Positions 47,513-57,419 of a stretch of 64,000 nucleotides of DNA are shown piece after piece (position 1 is the stretch's first letter; each line of letters opens with the position of its first letter). The DNA lies in NCBI GenBank assembly GCA_963666515.2, contig OY762897.2:1632001-1696000 (forward strand). Reading direction: 5' to 3'. The translations under genes and the position numbers were made by a program. This DNA is from Candidatus Binatia bacterium. GTDB lineage: Bacteria; Desulfobacterota; Binatia; UBA9968; JAJDTQ01. The notes beneath the pieces were generated by a model. It was not told where the DNA came from, did no database searches, and saw nothing but the letters and a program-made list of their open reading frames with translations.

Positions 47513-48072
47513 AGCGGCTCGATCAGCGAAACCTCTCCGGTCTCCACGTTGTAGCGCCGGCGGAGGATACGGGTGAGATCCGCGCTGAGGAACCGGAAGA
47601 CCACGGCCGGCGGTTCCGCCACCTGCGTCGAATGGATCTGGCCCGTCAGGTAGGGGTAGACGACGCCGGGCTCCAGCCTGTGGACCTCCTTGATGCGCAA
47701 GTCGGCTTTGTCGGGGTTCCGGCCGTCATCGGTGCGCTCGTAGAGGGGTATCTCGGTGACTCCCTGGTAGGCGCCGTAGACCACCCAGCAAGGCCCGTGG
47801 TCGTGAGGCGTGTTGCCGTGCCCCGGCGGGTGCACATGCCCCATCTGGACGAAGCCGTAGTCCGGGTCCCGGTAAAGCTCCCGCGACGGGTCGGCGTCCC
47901 TGATGATCTCGGCCATCCAGGGATCGTCCGGACGAGTGGCCGCGAGCATCCGCTCCATGGCCGCCTTTATCTTGAAAGGCAGCTCCGCATCGTTGCTGTC
48001 TCTCCAAAGAGAGCGAAGCTCCTCAATGTATCGGTCGAAGGTATTGTTCGCCATTGCCGGATCGAGCGCCAT
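47509..48072 (-). CDS. Cupin, cysteine dioxygenase-like
   Basis: PHDHGPCWVVYG, GQIH; 4-bp overlap with the OCD gene; start 48072 or 48054. Confidence 0.65.
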   Translation of the reverse strand: MALDPAMANNTFDRYIEELRSLWRDSNDAELPFKIKAAMERMLAATRPDDPWMAEIIRDADPSRELYRDPDYGFVQMGHVHPPGHGNTPHDHGPCWVVYGAYQGVTEIPLYERTDDGRNPDKADLRIKEVHRLEPGVVYPYLTGQIHSTQVAEPPAVVFRFLSADLTRILRRRYNVETGEVSLIEPL

Positions 48073-48361
48073 TTCACACCTCCTCGGTAAGTGCCTGAGT
48101 CCCTAGGCCTGAGTCCCTGGTCAACATCGACGTTACGGTCACCTTTTTTCGGATTATACAGAAACACGCAACGGAATCATAGAGGCGGACATGGCATAGT
48201 TTCCCCAATCAATACCACTATTGATATTAGTAGTTCATCAAATGTGCACTCTCCGTTGCCCCCCACTGGCCCATCAGCAACGCAGTGAAGCTTGACAACG
48301 CTGCACGGTTTTGGGGATTATCGGCGCGCCGGAGTCTGTTCTTGCCCGAAAGGAGGACGTC

Positions 48362-49417
48362 ATGAGGAAGGCAGCCTTCTCGATCCTGGCGGTCGCTCTC
48401 GGTTCCCTCTTATTGCTCGATCCACCGGCGGCCCGGTCGGCCGCTGAGGACTTCTACCAAGGGAAGACGATGAACTTCATCGTGTCCTTCACCCCGGGTG
48501 GCGGCTATGACGTCTACGCGCGTCTCCTTGCCCGGCACCTGCCCAAGTACATCCCCGGCAAGCCAAGGGTGTTGGTGCAGAACATGCCCGGCGCCGGAGG
48601 GATCGTTGCTTCGAACTACCTTGCCAAGGTCGCCAAGTCCGACGGGTTGACGCTGGGAACCCTGCCCCGTGAGCTCTACTTGGCACAGATCGCCGGGGTT
48701 GACGCCCTCAAGGCGGACTTCACGAAAATGCATCCGGTGGGGAGCCTGGCCACGGATATCCTCACCGTGTACATGCGGACCGACACGCCCTACACCAGCA
48801 TCTCGGCCATTCAGGCTGCCTTGAAGGAGGGCAAGAAGCCGCCGCCCGTGGGCGCCACCGGGGTCGGCGGCGGGGGCTATCTCATCAAGCGGATCACCGA
48901 GGAGTTGGTGGGAACGAAGCTCTTCGACATCGTCCTGGGCTATCGCGGCGGTCCGCAGATTGACGTGGCCGTGCGCAAGGGAGAGCTGCTGGGAGCCGGA
49001 AGGTCTCTGGCCTCCGCACGTGACCGGGTGGGCGACCTTCTCAAGGCCGGGAAGATCACGATCATCGTCCAGTCGGGGACTCAGGACCGGAAGCGGAGCC
49101 CGGAACTGCCCAAGGTGCCGACGCTGTGGGAACTGGCCCGTACGGAAGACGGCAAGGCCTTGACCGCGAGCTATTTCCCTTCCACGATCGCGGGAAGACC
49201 TTTCTGGCTGCCGGCCGGCGTGCCGGAGGAAAGAGTGAAGATTCTGCGAAGCGCCTTCGTGAAAGCCGCCGGCGATCCGAAGCTCCTCGCCGAAGCCCGG
49301 AAGAGCGGCCGGCCCATAAATCTGGTCAGCGGAGATGAAATGGTCGGACTCTACCGCGAAGGATTTCGGGTCACTCCCGCGCTGAGGACCCTTTGGAAGG
49401 AGTTGATGGGGGCGTAG
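48362..49417 (+). CDS. TctC/Bug substrate-binding protein
   Basis: RBS AGGAGG, signal peptide, PGGGYD.YAR, NMPGAGG, PKVPT.WE. Confidence 0.85.
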   Translation: MRKAAFSILAVALGSLLLLDPPAARSAAEDFYQGKTMNFIVSFTPGGGYDVYARLLARHLPKYIPGKPRVLVQNMPGAGGIVASNYLAKVAKSDGLTLGTLPRELYLAQIAGVDALKADFTKMHPVGSLATDILTVYMRTDTPYTSISAIQAALKEGKKPPPVGATGVGGGGYLIKRITEELVGTKLFDIVLGYRGGPQIDVAVRKGELLGAGRSLASARDRVGDLLKAGKITIIVQSGTQDRKRSPELPKVPTLWELARTEDGKALTASYFPSTIAGRPFWLPAGVPEERVKILRSAFVKAAGDPKLLAEARKSGRPINLVSGDEMVGLYREGFRVTPALRTLWKELMGA

Positions 49418-49461
49418 CGGCTGACCGCGCGCCACGAAGAGCGATTCACAGCGAGGTGCCG

Positions 49462-50553
49462 ATGCTTCTTCTCAACAATGACGACGTCCATGAACTGTTG
49501 GACATGAAGACCTGCCTCGAAGCCCTGGAAACAGGCTACCGGGACTTGGCCGCAGGCAATGCGGTGCATCGGCCAAGGCTCGACGTCTGGGCCCCCAGCG
49601 ACGAGCAGGACGCGTTCTTCCGCTGGGGCAGCATGGAGGGCGTGTGCCGGACCTACGGCGCCTTCGCCATCCGCATGAAGTCGGACATGGTGCGTTGGCC
49701 CGAAGGGGCCAACGAGGAGAAGTACTGCATCGAGCCCGGAACCTTCTGCGGTCTGGTCATGCTCTTCAGCACCAACAACGGCGAACCCCTGGCGATCATC
49801 AACGACGGCATCATCCAGCACATGCGGGTGGGCGCCGGCGCCGGCCTCGGGGTCAAGTACCTCGCCCGGGAGGATGCCGAAGTGGTGGGCATCATAGGCT
49901 CCGGCGGCATGGCGCGCACCTATCTCCAGGCCTTTGCCGAGGTACGCAAGCTGAGCCGGGTGAAGGTGTACAGCCGCTCCCGGGGGCGCCGCGAGACCTA
50001 TGCCGAGGAAATGAGGGAGTTGCTCGGCCTTCGGATCGACGTCCTCGACAACCCCGAAGACGTGGTGCGCGGCTCCGACGTCGTGTCCACCTGCACGGAC
50101 TCCATCGTCCCCGTGCTCACCGACCCGGACTGGCTCGAGCCCGGCATGCACGTGACCAACCTGGACCTGCGCGAGTTCGCGGCTGCCGAAGTATGGGACC
50201 GGTTCGACGTCACCGTGCGGCTGGGAGATCAGACCATGAGCCGCAAGCAGATGGAAAACGACTTCCGGCCGTTTCACTTCGCCGGATACACCGCGGGCCA
50301 GCCGGAGGAGCTGGCCCGCATCCCCAAGTCAAGGGTCCATATCGACGAGGAGCAGTACCCGAGGCTCGTGGAAGTGGTCCGGGGAGACGCTCCGGGCCGT
50401 TCCTCGCCGGAACAGATCACTTGCTTCATCAACGTCGGGACCCAAGGCCTGCAATTCGCCTCGGTGGGAGGGCGGTTGTACCAACTGGCCAGGGAACGCG
50501 GGGTCGGCCGCGAGCTGCCCACCGAGTGGTTCGTGCAGGACATCCGGGACTGA
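49462..50553 (+). CDS. Ornithine cyclodeaminase/mu-crystallin family protein
   Basis: HMRVGAGAGLG.KYLAR, GIIGSGGMA, GLQFAS. Confidence 0.85.
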   Translation: MLLLNNDDVHELLDMKTCLEALETGYRDLAAGNAVHRPRLDVWAPSDEQDAFFRWGSMEGVCRTYGAFAIRMKSDMVRWPEGANEEKYCIEPGTFCGLVMLFSTNNGEPLAIINDGIIQHMRVGAGAGLGVKYLAREDAEVVGIIGSGGMARTYLQAFAEVRKLSRVKVYSRSRGRRETYAEEMRELLGLRIDVLDNPEDVVRGSDVVSTCTDSIVPVLTDPDWLEPGMHVTNLDLREFAAAEVWDRFDVTVRLGDQTMSRKQMENDFRPFHFAGYTAGQPEELARIPKSRVHIDEEQYPRLVEVVRGDAPGRSSPEQITCFINVGTQGLQFASVGGRLYQLARERGVGRELPTEWFVQDIRD

Positions 50554-50629
50554 GCCTCGCGACCCACGAACATACCGACCTGCGAAGACAACCGGGGAGC
50601 CGGCGGCTCCCCTTTTCAACGGAGCATTT

Positions 50630-51745
50630 ATGATACTCGCCATCGACAACACCGAAGCGGAGCAACTCCTCGACATGGAGATGAGCCTGGACGCCCTCGA
50701 AGAGACCTACCGGGACCTCGGCACCGGGGCCTCCATCACCAGCCCGCGAATCGACCTGCTGACTCCGGATTCCTATGTCGACGACGAGGGCAACACGCTT
50801 CCCGGCGCCCACAGCCTCAAAACCATGTCGGCCTCCACCCAGAAGTACGCAGCCATTCGTTTCCTTACGGACAAGCTTTACTGGCAGGAGCGCCACGGCA
50901 ACTTTCGCCGCGACCGCACCCCCGGCACCCGAAGGGCCCATAGCGTGACACGGGGCCTCCTGTTCCTTTTCAGCCTGGAGAACGGCGACCTGCTGGCCCT
51001 CGTCAGCGAAGGGCACATCCGCAACCTCCGCGTGGGCGCGGCCGCAGGGCTGGCGGCGAGATACCTGGCCAAGAGCGGCGCCTCCAACATTTGCGTGCTC
51101 GGCAGCGGCTTCATGGCGGGCGCGCACCTGGACGCGATGCTGAGATCGGTCGACGGGATCAAGTCGGTTCGAGTTTTCAGCCCCAACCCCTCGCATCGAC
51201 AGCGTTTCGTCGAGGATCCGCGGTGGGAGGAATGTCCGGACGTGGCAGCCGCTGACAACGCCGAGGAGGCTGTCCGCGGGAGCGACATCGTGATCATCGC
51301 CACCAACGCCCTGACGCCGGTAATCCAGACAGGTTGGCTGAAGCCCGGTCAATATGTCTGCACCGTGCGCCACTGCGAGGTCGCGCCGGAGACCTTCGCC
51401 CGCTTCGACATTCTCGCCGTCAACTCCAGGGACAACCTGGGACCGACGACCTTCGTCGCCAACAACTCGCACGGGCCGTTGCCGCCGCAGGTGCTGCTGG
51501 ACATCGAGAAGGGCTACCCCCCGGGCGATGCCGTGAACATCGACTGGGACAAGGCTCCCGATCTTCCGGATCTACTGTTAAACCGTCACCCGGGCCGGAC
51601 CGACTCCGAACAGATCACCTGCTTCAACAACAGCGTCGGGTTCGGGCTACAGTTCGCCGCGTTGGCGGGGAAGGTGTACGAGGCCGCCGTGGACAAGGGA
51701 GTCGGACGGGAGATTCCGGAGGACATGTTTCCGGACCTGTTCTAG
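50630..51745 (+). CDS. Ornithine cyclodeaminase/mu-crystallin family protein
   Basis: LRVGAAAGLAARYLA, VLGSG.MA, GFGLQFAA. Confidence 0.85.
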   Translation: MILAIDNTEAEQLLDMEMSLDALEETYRDLGTGASITSPRIDLLTPDSYVDDEGNTLPGAHSLKTMSASTQKYAAIRFLTDKLYWQERHGNFRRDRTPGTRRAHSVTRGLLFLFSLENGDLLALVSEGHIRNLRVGAAAGLAARYLAKSGASNICVLGSGFMAGAHLDAMLRSVDGIKSVRVFSPNPSHRQRFVEDPRWEECPDVAAADNAEEAVRGSDIVIIATNALTPVIQTGWLKPGQYVCTVRHCEVAPETFARFDILAVNSRDNLGPTTFVANNSHGPLPPQVLLDIEKGYPPGDAVNIDWDKAPDLPDLLLNRHPGRTDSEQITCFNNSVGFGLQFAALAGKVYEAAVDKGVGREIPEDMFPDLF

Positions 51746-51989
51746 TGACCGCGGAGATAGTCTTCGCGCGGCCGGCCACCTGAGACGACGTCCGGTTAGC
51801 GAGAATGCATCACACCCCCCGGTTCCCTGCCACCTCATGAATCACTAACCCGAACTTCCCGGCGGACCAAGCTTGAGTTGCAGGGTCAAGTGGTTGAAAA
51901 GGCAAGGAAAATTGCAAATATCGAGTTGAAACGGGATTCCTATGTAGGCATGTATATAGGGGGATGCCTGGTTATTGCGGCTTTTATGC

Positions 51990-52026
51990 TTGACATTATA
52001 GTGGATCATGGCCTACTATAGTAGGC
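51990..52026 (+). promoter_or_regulatory. IS promoter with overlapping 16-bp palindrome
   Basis: TTGACA (51990), 18-bp spacer, TACTAT (52014); GCCTACTATAGTAGGC at 52011-52026 abuts the ATG. Confidence 0.55.
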
Positions 52027-53766
52027 ATGTACGTAACCGCCGTCCCCAATCGCAACTCGCCCCCGGCCATCCTGCTGCGGGAAAGCTACCGCCACAACGG
52101 TAAAGTCAAGAGCCGAACCCTCGCCAACCTCTCCAAATGGCCTCAAGCCAGGATCGAAGCCCTGCGCCGGGTGCTCAAGGACGAACCGCTGGCGGCCCCG
52201 GAACAAGCCCTCGACATCGTCCGCTCCCTGCCCCACGGTCATGTGGCCGCTACCCTGGGCACCGTGCGCAAGCTGGGACTGGACCGCCTCATCTCACCCC
52301 AACCCTCGCCTGAACGGGACCGCGTCCTCGCCCTGGTGGTGGCCCGTGTCCTGGCCCCGGGCTCGAAGCTGGCCACCGCCCGCGGCCTGGCTCGGGAAAC
52401 CGCTCGGGATTCGCTGGCCTCAACCCTCGGTCTGGACGACAGCAACGAGGATGACCTGTACGCAGCCATGGACTGGCTGTTGGAACGCCAAGGGGCCATC
52501 GAGAAGCGTCTGGCCAAGCGCCATCTTGAGGAAGGCTCCCTGGTGCTCTACGACGTGACCTCAAGCTACGTCGAGGGCCGACGCTGTCCCCTGGCCCGGC
52601 ACGGCTACTCCCGAGACGGCAAGCGGGGCAAGCTCCAGATCGTCTTTGGACTGTTGTGCAACCGAGAGGGCTGTCCCGTGGCGGTGGAGGTGTTTGAGGG
52701 CCACACCGCAGACCCGGCCACCCTGAGCACCCAGATCGACAAGCTGCGCCGACGCTTCGCTCTTGCCCGAGTGGTGCTGGTGGGGGACCGGGGCCTGCTC
52801 ACCACAGCGCGCATCCGCGAGGAAGTGCAACCCGCAGGGCTGGACTGGATCAGCGCCTTGCGCGCACCGGCCATCCGCAGGCTGGCCGAAGACGGGGCTT
52901 TGCAACCCTCGCTGTTCGACCAGCGCCACTTGGCCGAGATCACATCCCAGGACTATCCCGCAGAACGCCTGATCGTGTGCCGCAATCCCCTGCTTGCCCA
53001 AGAGCGGGCACGCAAGCGCGAAGCCCTGCTCCAGGCCACCGAACGAGAACTCGACCGCATCGCCGCCGCCACCACCCGTGAGAAGCGCCGCCTGAGCGAT
53101 CCCGGCCGCATCCAGCAGCGCCTCGGCAAGGTCTTGGGCAAACACAAGGTCGGCAAGCACTTCGAGACGGCTGTCTCCGAGGACGGCGTGTTGACCTATG
53201 AACGCCGTGCCACAGCCATCGCTCAGGAAGCCGCCCTCGACGGCTTCTACGTCATCCGTACCAACCTCCCCCAGGCCATGCTCAATGCCCAGGAGACGGT
53301 GGGCGCCTACAAGAGTCTGAGTGTGGTGGAACGAGCCTTCCGCAGCTACAAGACCGTGGACCTCAAGGTACGCCCCATCTTCCACTACGCCGCCCACAGG
53401 GTCCGTGCCCACGTCTTCCTGTGCATGCTCGCCTACTATGTCGAGTGGCACATGCGCCAACGCCTCAAGCCCCTGCTGTTCGACGACCACGATCCCCAAG
53501 CCGCCGAAGCCCTGCGCCCCTCCGTGGTCGCCCCCGCTCAGGTCTCCCCCGCCGCCAAGGACAAGGCCGACCGCAAAATCACCGCCTCAGGCCTGCCCGT
53601 GCACAGCTTCCGCTCCCTGCTCAAGGACTTGGCCACCATCGCTATGAACCGCGTCGTCACACCCCAACTCCCCGATGCACAACCCTTCGACATCATTACC
53701 CGCCCCACTCCCCTCCAGGCTCAAATCTTCAAACTCTTGGGGGTGCGCATCGAACGTACTCAGTAA
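52027..53766 (+). CDS. IS1634 family DDE transposase
   Basis: LLRESYR..GKVK.RTLAN, LYDVTS, GYSRDG, VGDRG, Y..L..VERAFR..K, RP.FH. Confidence 0.93.
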   Translation: MYVTAVPNRNSPPAILLRESYRHNGKVKSRTLANLSKWPQARIEALRRVLKDEPLAAPEQALDIVRSLPHGHVAATLGTVRKLGLDRLISPQPSPERDRVLALVVARVLAPGSKLATARGLARETARDSLASTLGLDDSNEDDLYAAMDWLLERQGAIEKRLAKRHLEEGSLVLYDVTSSYVEGRRCPLARHGYSRDGKRGKLQIVFGLLCNREGCPVAVEVFEGHTADPATLSTQIDKLRRRFALARVVLVGDRGLLTTARIREEVQPAGLDWISALRAPAIRRLAEDGALQPSLFDQRHLAEITSQDYPAERLIVCRNPLLAQERARKREALLQATERELDRIAAATTREKRRLSDPGRIQQRLGKVLGKHKVGKHFETAVSEDGVLTYERRATAIAQEAALDGFYVIRTNLPQAMLNAQETVGAYKSLSVVERAFRSYKTVDLKVRPIFHYAAHRVRAHVFLCMLAYYVEWHMRQRLKPLLFDDHDPQAAEALRPSVVAPAQVSPAAKDKADRKITASGLPVHSFRSLLKDLATIAMNRVVTPQLPDAQPFDIITRPTPLQAQIFKLLGVRIERTQ

Positions 53767-53836
53767 CCCATACCCCACTTCTCCTCTTTCCCCATCAAAA
53801 TCAATAAGTTAGTATATCGCGGCTCTCGAAGTTCAG

Positions 53837-53997
53837 ACTAACCGGTCGCGCCCGAGTTCGACGTAGTCGGAAGTATCGAGTGCAGAAAGGATCGCTTCCA
53901 GATTTCGTTGAAACAAGCCCTCAAGGTCCGCATTGCCGATGTTACCAGTGCAACCAAGAGCAGCTTGTGAGGTTTGCGCGTCAACGAGAAACCGCAT
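53837..53997 (-). pseudogene. DUF5615 PIN-like toxin remnant (internally deleted; last codons displaced to 51810-51849 by the IS)
   Basis: Translated by hand: MRFLVDAQ joined almost directly to TGNIGNADLEGLFQRNL...YVELGRDRL, continuing VIHEVAGNRGV* beyond the IS; TGATG overlap with DUF433. Confidence 0.7.
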
Positions 53998-54233
53998 CAG
54001 CCGACAGCCTGCACACCCTTCACTTGGCTCAAGCGCGTTGCGAAGGCAAAAACGGCCAAGATGTCCTCATGTTCCAAGTCGTCGTAGTCCGCAAGGATAT
54101 CCTCTTCGGTCATGCCTGCACTAAGCAATTCCAGGATCATGTCCACGGGGTACCGCAAACCGCGGATACACGGCTTCCCATGGCAAATTGAAGGGTCCGT
54201 TGTAATGCGTTCGAGCAGTTCCGAGGATTTCAT
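53997..54233 (-). CDS. DUF433 family antitoxin
   Basis: RIT.DP.ICHGKPCIRG.R.PV..IL..L..G....IL..Y..L..EDI. Confidence 0.9.
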   Translation of the reverse strand: MKSSELLERITTDPSICHGKPCIRGLRYPVDMILELLSAGMTEEDILADYDDLEHEDILAVFAFATRLSQVKGVQAVG

Positions 54234-54378
54234 CCGCCAAGCCCTCCTTCTCAAACGTTAACGCGCCGAACAACCAATGGGGGGTCCGCAACGCGAATCC
54301 GTTGGTTATCTTGCCTCAACAGCGATCCGGCAAGCAACCATCAATCTTCCCTACTCCGGTTACGAGAAAGAAGCGGGT

Positions 54379-56064
54379 TTATGGCACTGCCAGAAGTTTC
54401 CATGGAGTCGGCGGCGGCACCAGCGGAGTCGCGATGGGCTCGGTCCACAGCCGCGGCCCATCTTTCCCCTTCTCGATCAGTATCCACTTGAGCCATTTCT
54501 CGTCATCGCGGTCGGGGTAGTCCTCGCGCATGTGGCTCATGCGGCTTTCCCGGCGCAGCAGCGACGCTTCCAGCATCAGCCTGGCAGTTTCCACCATGCA
54601 TTGCGTCTCCCGCAGGCGCACGAACCCGTGGACGTGGGCGGCATGGCTTCGGCCGCCGCGCTCGGCGATGTCCTCCAACTCCCGCAATGCTTGCCGCAGC
54701 CGGGTTTCGTGCTTAAAGATGGAGACCTCGTAAGGGAAGATGAGGGACTGGAGCGCGCGCAGGAGGTCATCGTCGCTCTTCTCTTCGCCGTCGCGCCATC
54801 CCGCCGAAACCTCCGCCTTGACCGACCGGGCCTGTCCTTCGGACACCCGCGGCCCGTCGAGCCGCCGGGCGTCATCCGCGGCGCTCTTGCCGGCAATCCA
54901 GCCGGTGCCGTTGCAGGCGCCGATGTGGAACCCGGCGAAGTGGCTCGCGCAGCTCGCCTGCGCCAGTCCGGCCGCCAGCAGACCGGGGACCGATGAGCGG
55001 CACGCGGCGTCGGTCTTGATGCCGAGCTTGGTCATCTGGAATAGCGGGTAGTACTCGGTCTTGCCGAACATGTCGATGCGCGCCCGGTCCCCGAGCTTGC
55101 GGAAGAAGTAATCCATCCACGCCACTGAGCTTTGCAGGTACTGCCCGCGCTCTTCTTCCGGAATCAGCGACATGTCCAGGTAGAGCGGCGTTCGCCCCTC
55201 CTTCTTCTCCTGCACCATGGCCTTGCTCAGTGCCTGCACGTCGGCCCGGTCCGACCAGTCGGGTTCGTACCGTTCCATGAACGGCTCGCCTTCGGCGTTG
55301 ATGAACCTCGCGCCGTCCTGGATGGCGAAGGTGATGCCCTCGAAGTAGAACTTGGGTGTGCCCGGACGGAGATAGCCGAACTCGGCGTTGGTGAGCGCCG
55401 CGCCCGCGTCGTAGGCGAGGTGCGTGCCGGTGCCGGTGATGTCGCGGACGAAACCGGCCCTGAAGGTGACGCTGTTGGTGGCCAACACGGTGGCCCCGGC
55501 CCGGACCATGACGAACTCGCCGGTGCGGCCGTCGATCCCGAAGACGCCGGTGACGCGTCCGTCGTCGTCTCGGGCGAGATCAGTGACGAAGACCCGCTCC
55601 AGCAGGTCCACGCCCTCGGCCTCCAACGCCTTGCGTAGCCGCCAGCAGTACTCCAGTCCGCCGCCGTCAGGTTTGAGGACCTTGGTGACCTTGAGGCCGC
55701 GAGTGGGACGGCGGATGAAGCGGCCGTCCTCCTTGGGGAACACGAGGCCCATCTTCTCCAGCTCCAGCAACTGGAAGTGCGAGACCGACAGGACATCGCG
55801 GATGAGCTCCTGCTCGGCGATCCACTCGTTCCCCTCGACGATATCGCGCACGCAGGCGTCGAGGTCGTCGTCGGGCGTGACCACCACCATCCAGGCATTG
55901 GAGAAGGCCGTGTGCCCGGTGCGCCCCACCATGCGGGCGTCGAGCAGGGTAACCCGCCCGTCCGGCAGGTGGCGTTTCGCGCTCAGCGCGGCCCAGAGCC
56001 CACCGGCGCCCGCGCCAACGACGAGCACGTCCGTGTCGATAAGTCTGCCGATCCTGTCAAGCAT
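54379..56064 (-). CDS. FAD-dependent oxidoreductase, AprA/SdhA/NadB superfamily
   Basis: DVLVVGAGAGG, S.PGL.AAG, R.ESR..H.REDYP.RDD. Confidence 0.8.
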   Translation of the reverse strand: MLDRIGRLIDTDVLVVGAGAGGLWAALSAKRHLPDGRVTLLDARMVGRTGHTAFSNAWMVVVTPDDDLDACVRDIVEGNEWIAEQELIRDVLSVSHFQLLELEKMGLVFPKEDGRFIRRPTRGLKVTKVLKPDGGGLEYCWRLRKALEAEGVDLLERVFVTDLARDDDGRVTGVFGIDGRTGEFVMVRAGATVLATNSVTFRAGFVRDITGTGTHLAYDAGAALTNAEFGYLRPGTPKFYFEGITFAIQDGARFINAEGEPFMERYEPDWSDRADVQALSKAMVQEKKEGRTPLYLDMSLIPEEERGQYLQSSVAWMDYFFRKLGDRARIDMFGKTEYYPLFQMTKLGIKTDAACRSSVPGLLAAGLAQASCASHFAGFHIGACNGTGWIAGKSAADDARRLDGPRVSEGQARSVKAEVSAGWRDGEEKSDDDLLRALQSLIFPYEVSIFKHETRLRQALRELEDIAERGGRSHAAHVHGFVRLRETQCMVETARLMLEASLLRRESRMSHMREDYPDRDDEKWLKWILIEKGKDGPRLWTEPIATPLVPPPTPWKLLAVP

Positions 56065-56113
56065 TTGCGGCTACCCGTTGGCGCGCGGCGCCTTGCCCAT
56101 CCCGCGTTCGGCT

Positions 56114-56332
56114 TTACCAGGGAAGCGGCCGGCGCCTTACGATGGGATGGACGTCGATACACTGCACCGGGCAGAAGATCTCGCAGTTGAAGCAGGTGAC
56201 GCAGTGTTCCACGTGCTTGAGGACCGGCACGAGCCGGCCGCCTTGCTCTTCCATGTGGATGACGTCCGCGGGGCATACGGGGTCGCAGTCCCCACAACTC
56301 GTGCACTTCTCCAGGTCGATGTCGATGATCAT
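56114..56332 (-). CDS. 2[4Fe-4S] ferredoxin (AprB-like)
   Basis: CTSCGDC...CP and CVTCFNC...CP. Confidence 0.88.
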   Translation of the reverse strand: MIIDIDLEKCTSCGDCDPVCPADVIHMEEQGGRLVPVLKHVEHCVTCFNCEIFCPVQCIDVHPIVRRRPLPW

Positions 56333-56372
56333 GACGGAGCCGGCAATGAGCGGCGACGCTTCCGCCCGGCGG

Positions 56373-57347
56373 TCAGGAATCGAGGCCGAGAAGTCCCGCC
56401 GCGGTGCCGCCCATGATCGCGTCCTTCTCGGCGTCGGTCAACGGCAGCCCGCGGATGGCGTCGATGTAGTCCCGGAGCGCGGTCATGCCCTTGCCGGTGT
56501 CGGTGCTGACGCCGGTGAAGTCCTGGGGGTAGTCGGTGGCGAACACCAGCCGGTCGGGGCGGATGCCCTGGAGGGCGCAGCCCAAGGCGACGGTGCCCCC
56601 CTCGAAGCCGGCCATGTCGAAGTAGAGCATGTCGAAGTAGTGCTCGAAGGGTTTGTTCAGGGTGCCGAACCGGTACGCCTTGGCCACGAGCCGGTCCTTC
56701 ACCCCGGCGATGCCGCCGCCGAAGTGGCCGATGACGAACTTGAGATTGGGAAAACGCTCCAGCACTCCGCCGGCGACGATGCGCGTGGCGGCCACCGCCA
56801 AGTCCACCTCGCGGCCCAGGATGCGGGCCAGATCGTAGTCCAGCAGCAGCTCGTAGCCCTGGGGAACCATGGCGGGATGGACGAAGATGGGGACATCGAG
56901 GGCGCTGACCTTCTCGTAGAACGGATAGAGCTGCTCCGAATCCAGCGGCAGGCCCCGGAACTGGGAGGTGGTGGCGACGCCGTGGAGCCCCAACTCGCCG
57001 ACGGCCCGATCGAACTCGGCCATGGCGGACGGGCCGCCCAGGAGCGGCGCCTGCGCCAAGCCGACGAAACGACCCGGATAGCGGCGCTGCAACTCCGCAA
57101 GGCTGTCGTTGATGGCGCGGTTGTCCTCCAGGGCGGCGTCCCACCCCAGGAGGCAGGAGAGCACAGATACGTCCACCCCCGCGTCGTCCATGTCACGGAG
57201 CTGCATCTCGGCGTCGTAGAGCCGCGCGTGCATGGTCAGCCGGGGCACACCCGTGTCGAGCTTGGCGAAGGACGGCTCCTCGGAGTAGAGCCCGTGCTTC
57301 TGCGCGATCTCCTTGGGGACGTAGTGATGCTGGAAGTCGACGATCAT
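56373..57347 (-). CDS. Amidohydrolase_2 family (ACMSD-like decarboxylase/hydratase)
   Basis: DFQHH, FVHP, GHFGGG, FATDYP. Confidence 0.85.
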   Translation of the reverse strand: MIVDFQHHYVPKEIAQKHGLYSEEPSFAKLDTGVPRLTMHARLYDAEMQLRDMDDAGVDVSVLSCLLGWDAALEDNRAINDSLAELQRRYPGRFVGLAQAPLLGGPSAMAEFDRAVGELGLHGVATTSQFRGLPLDSEQLYPFYEKVSALDVPIFVHPAMVPQGYELLLDYDLARILGREVDLAVAATRIVAGGVLERFPNLKFVIGHFGGGIAGVKDRLVAKAYRFGTLNKPFEHYFDMLYFDMAGFEGGTVALGCALQGIRPDRLVFATDYPQDFTGVSTDTGKGMTALRDYIDAIRGLPLTDAEKDAIMGGTAAGLLGLDS

Positions 57348-57419
57348 GAAACAACCCTCAAGATGTCGGTGCCGGCAGCCGACGATCCGCGCCGGACACC
57401 CAGTCCACGCACCGCCAGC

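Larger units (their letters stand above)
51850..53836 (+). mobile_element. IS1634-family insertion sequence with 6-bp target duplication ACTAAC
   Basis: Ends CCGAACTTC / GAAGTTCAG (8 of 9 complementary); ACTAAC at 51844-51849 and 53837-53842. Confidence 0.9.

Noticed and set aside
54379-56332. Dissimilatory APS reductase aprAB
   Set aside because: Short ferredoxin without the AprB tail, divergent flavoprotein, no sat or qmo context
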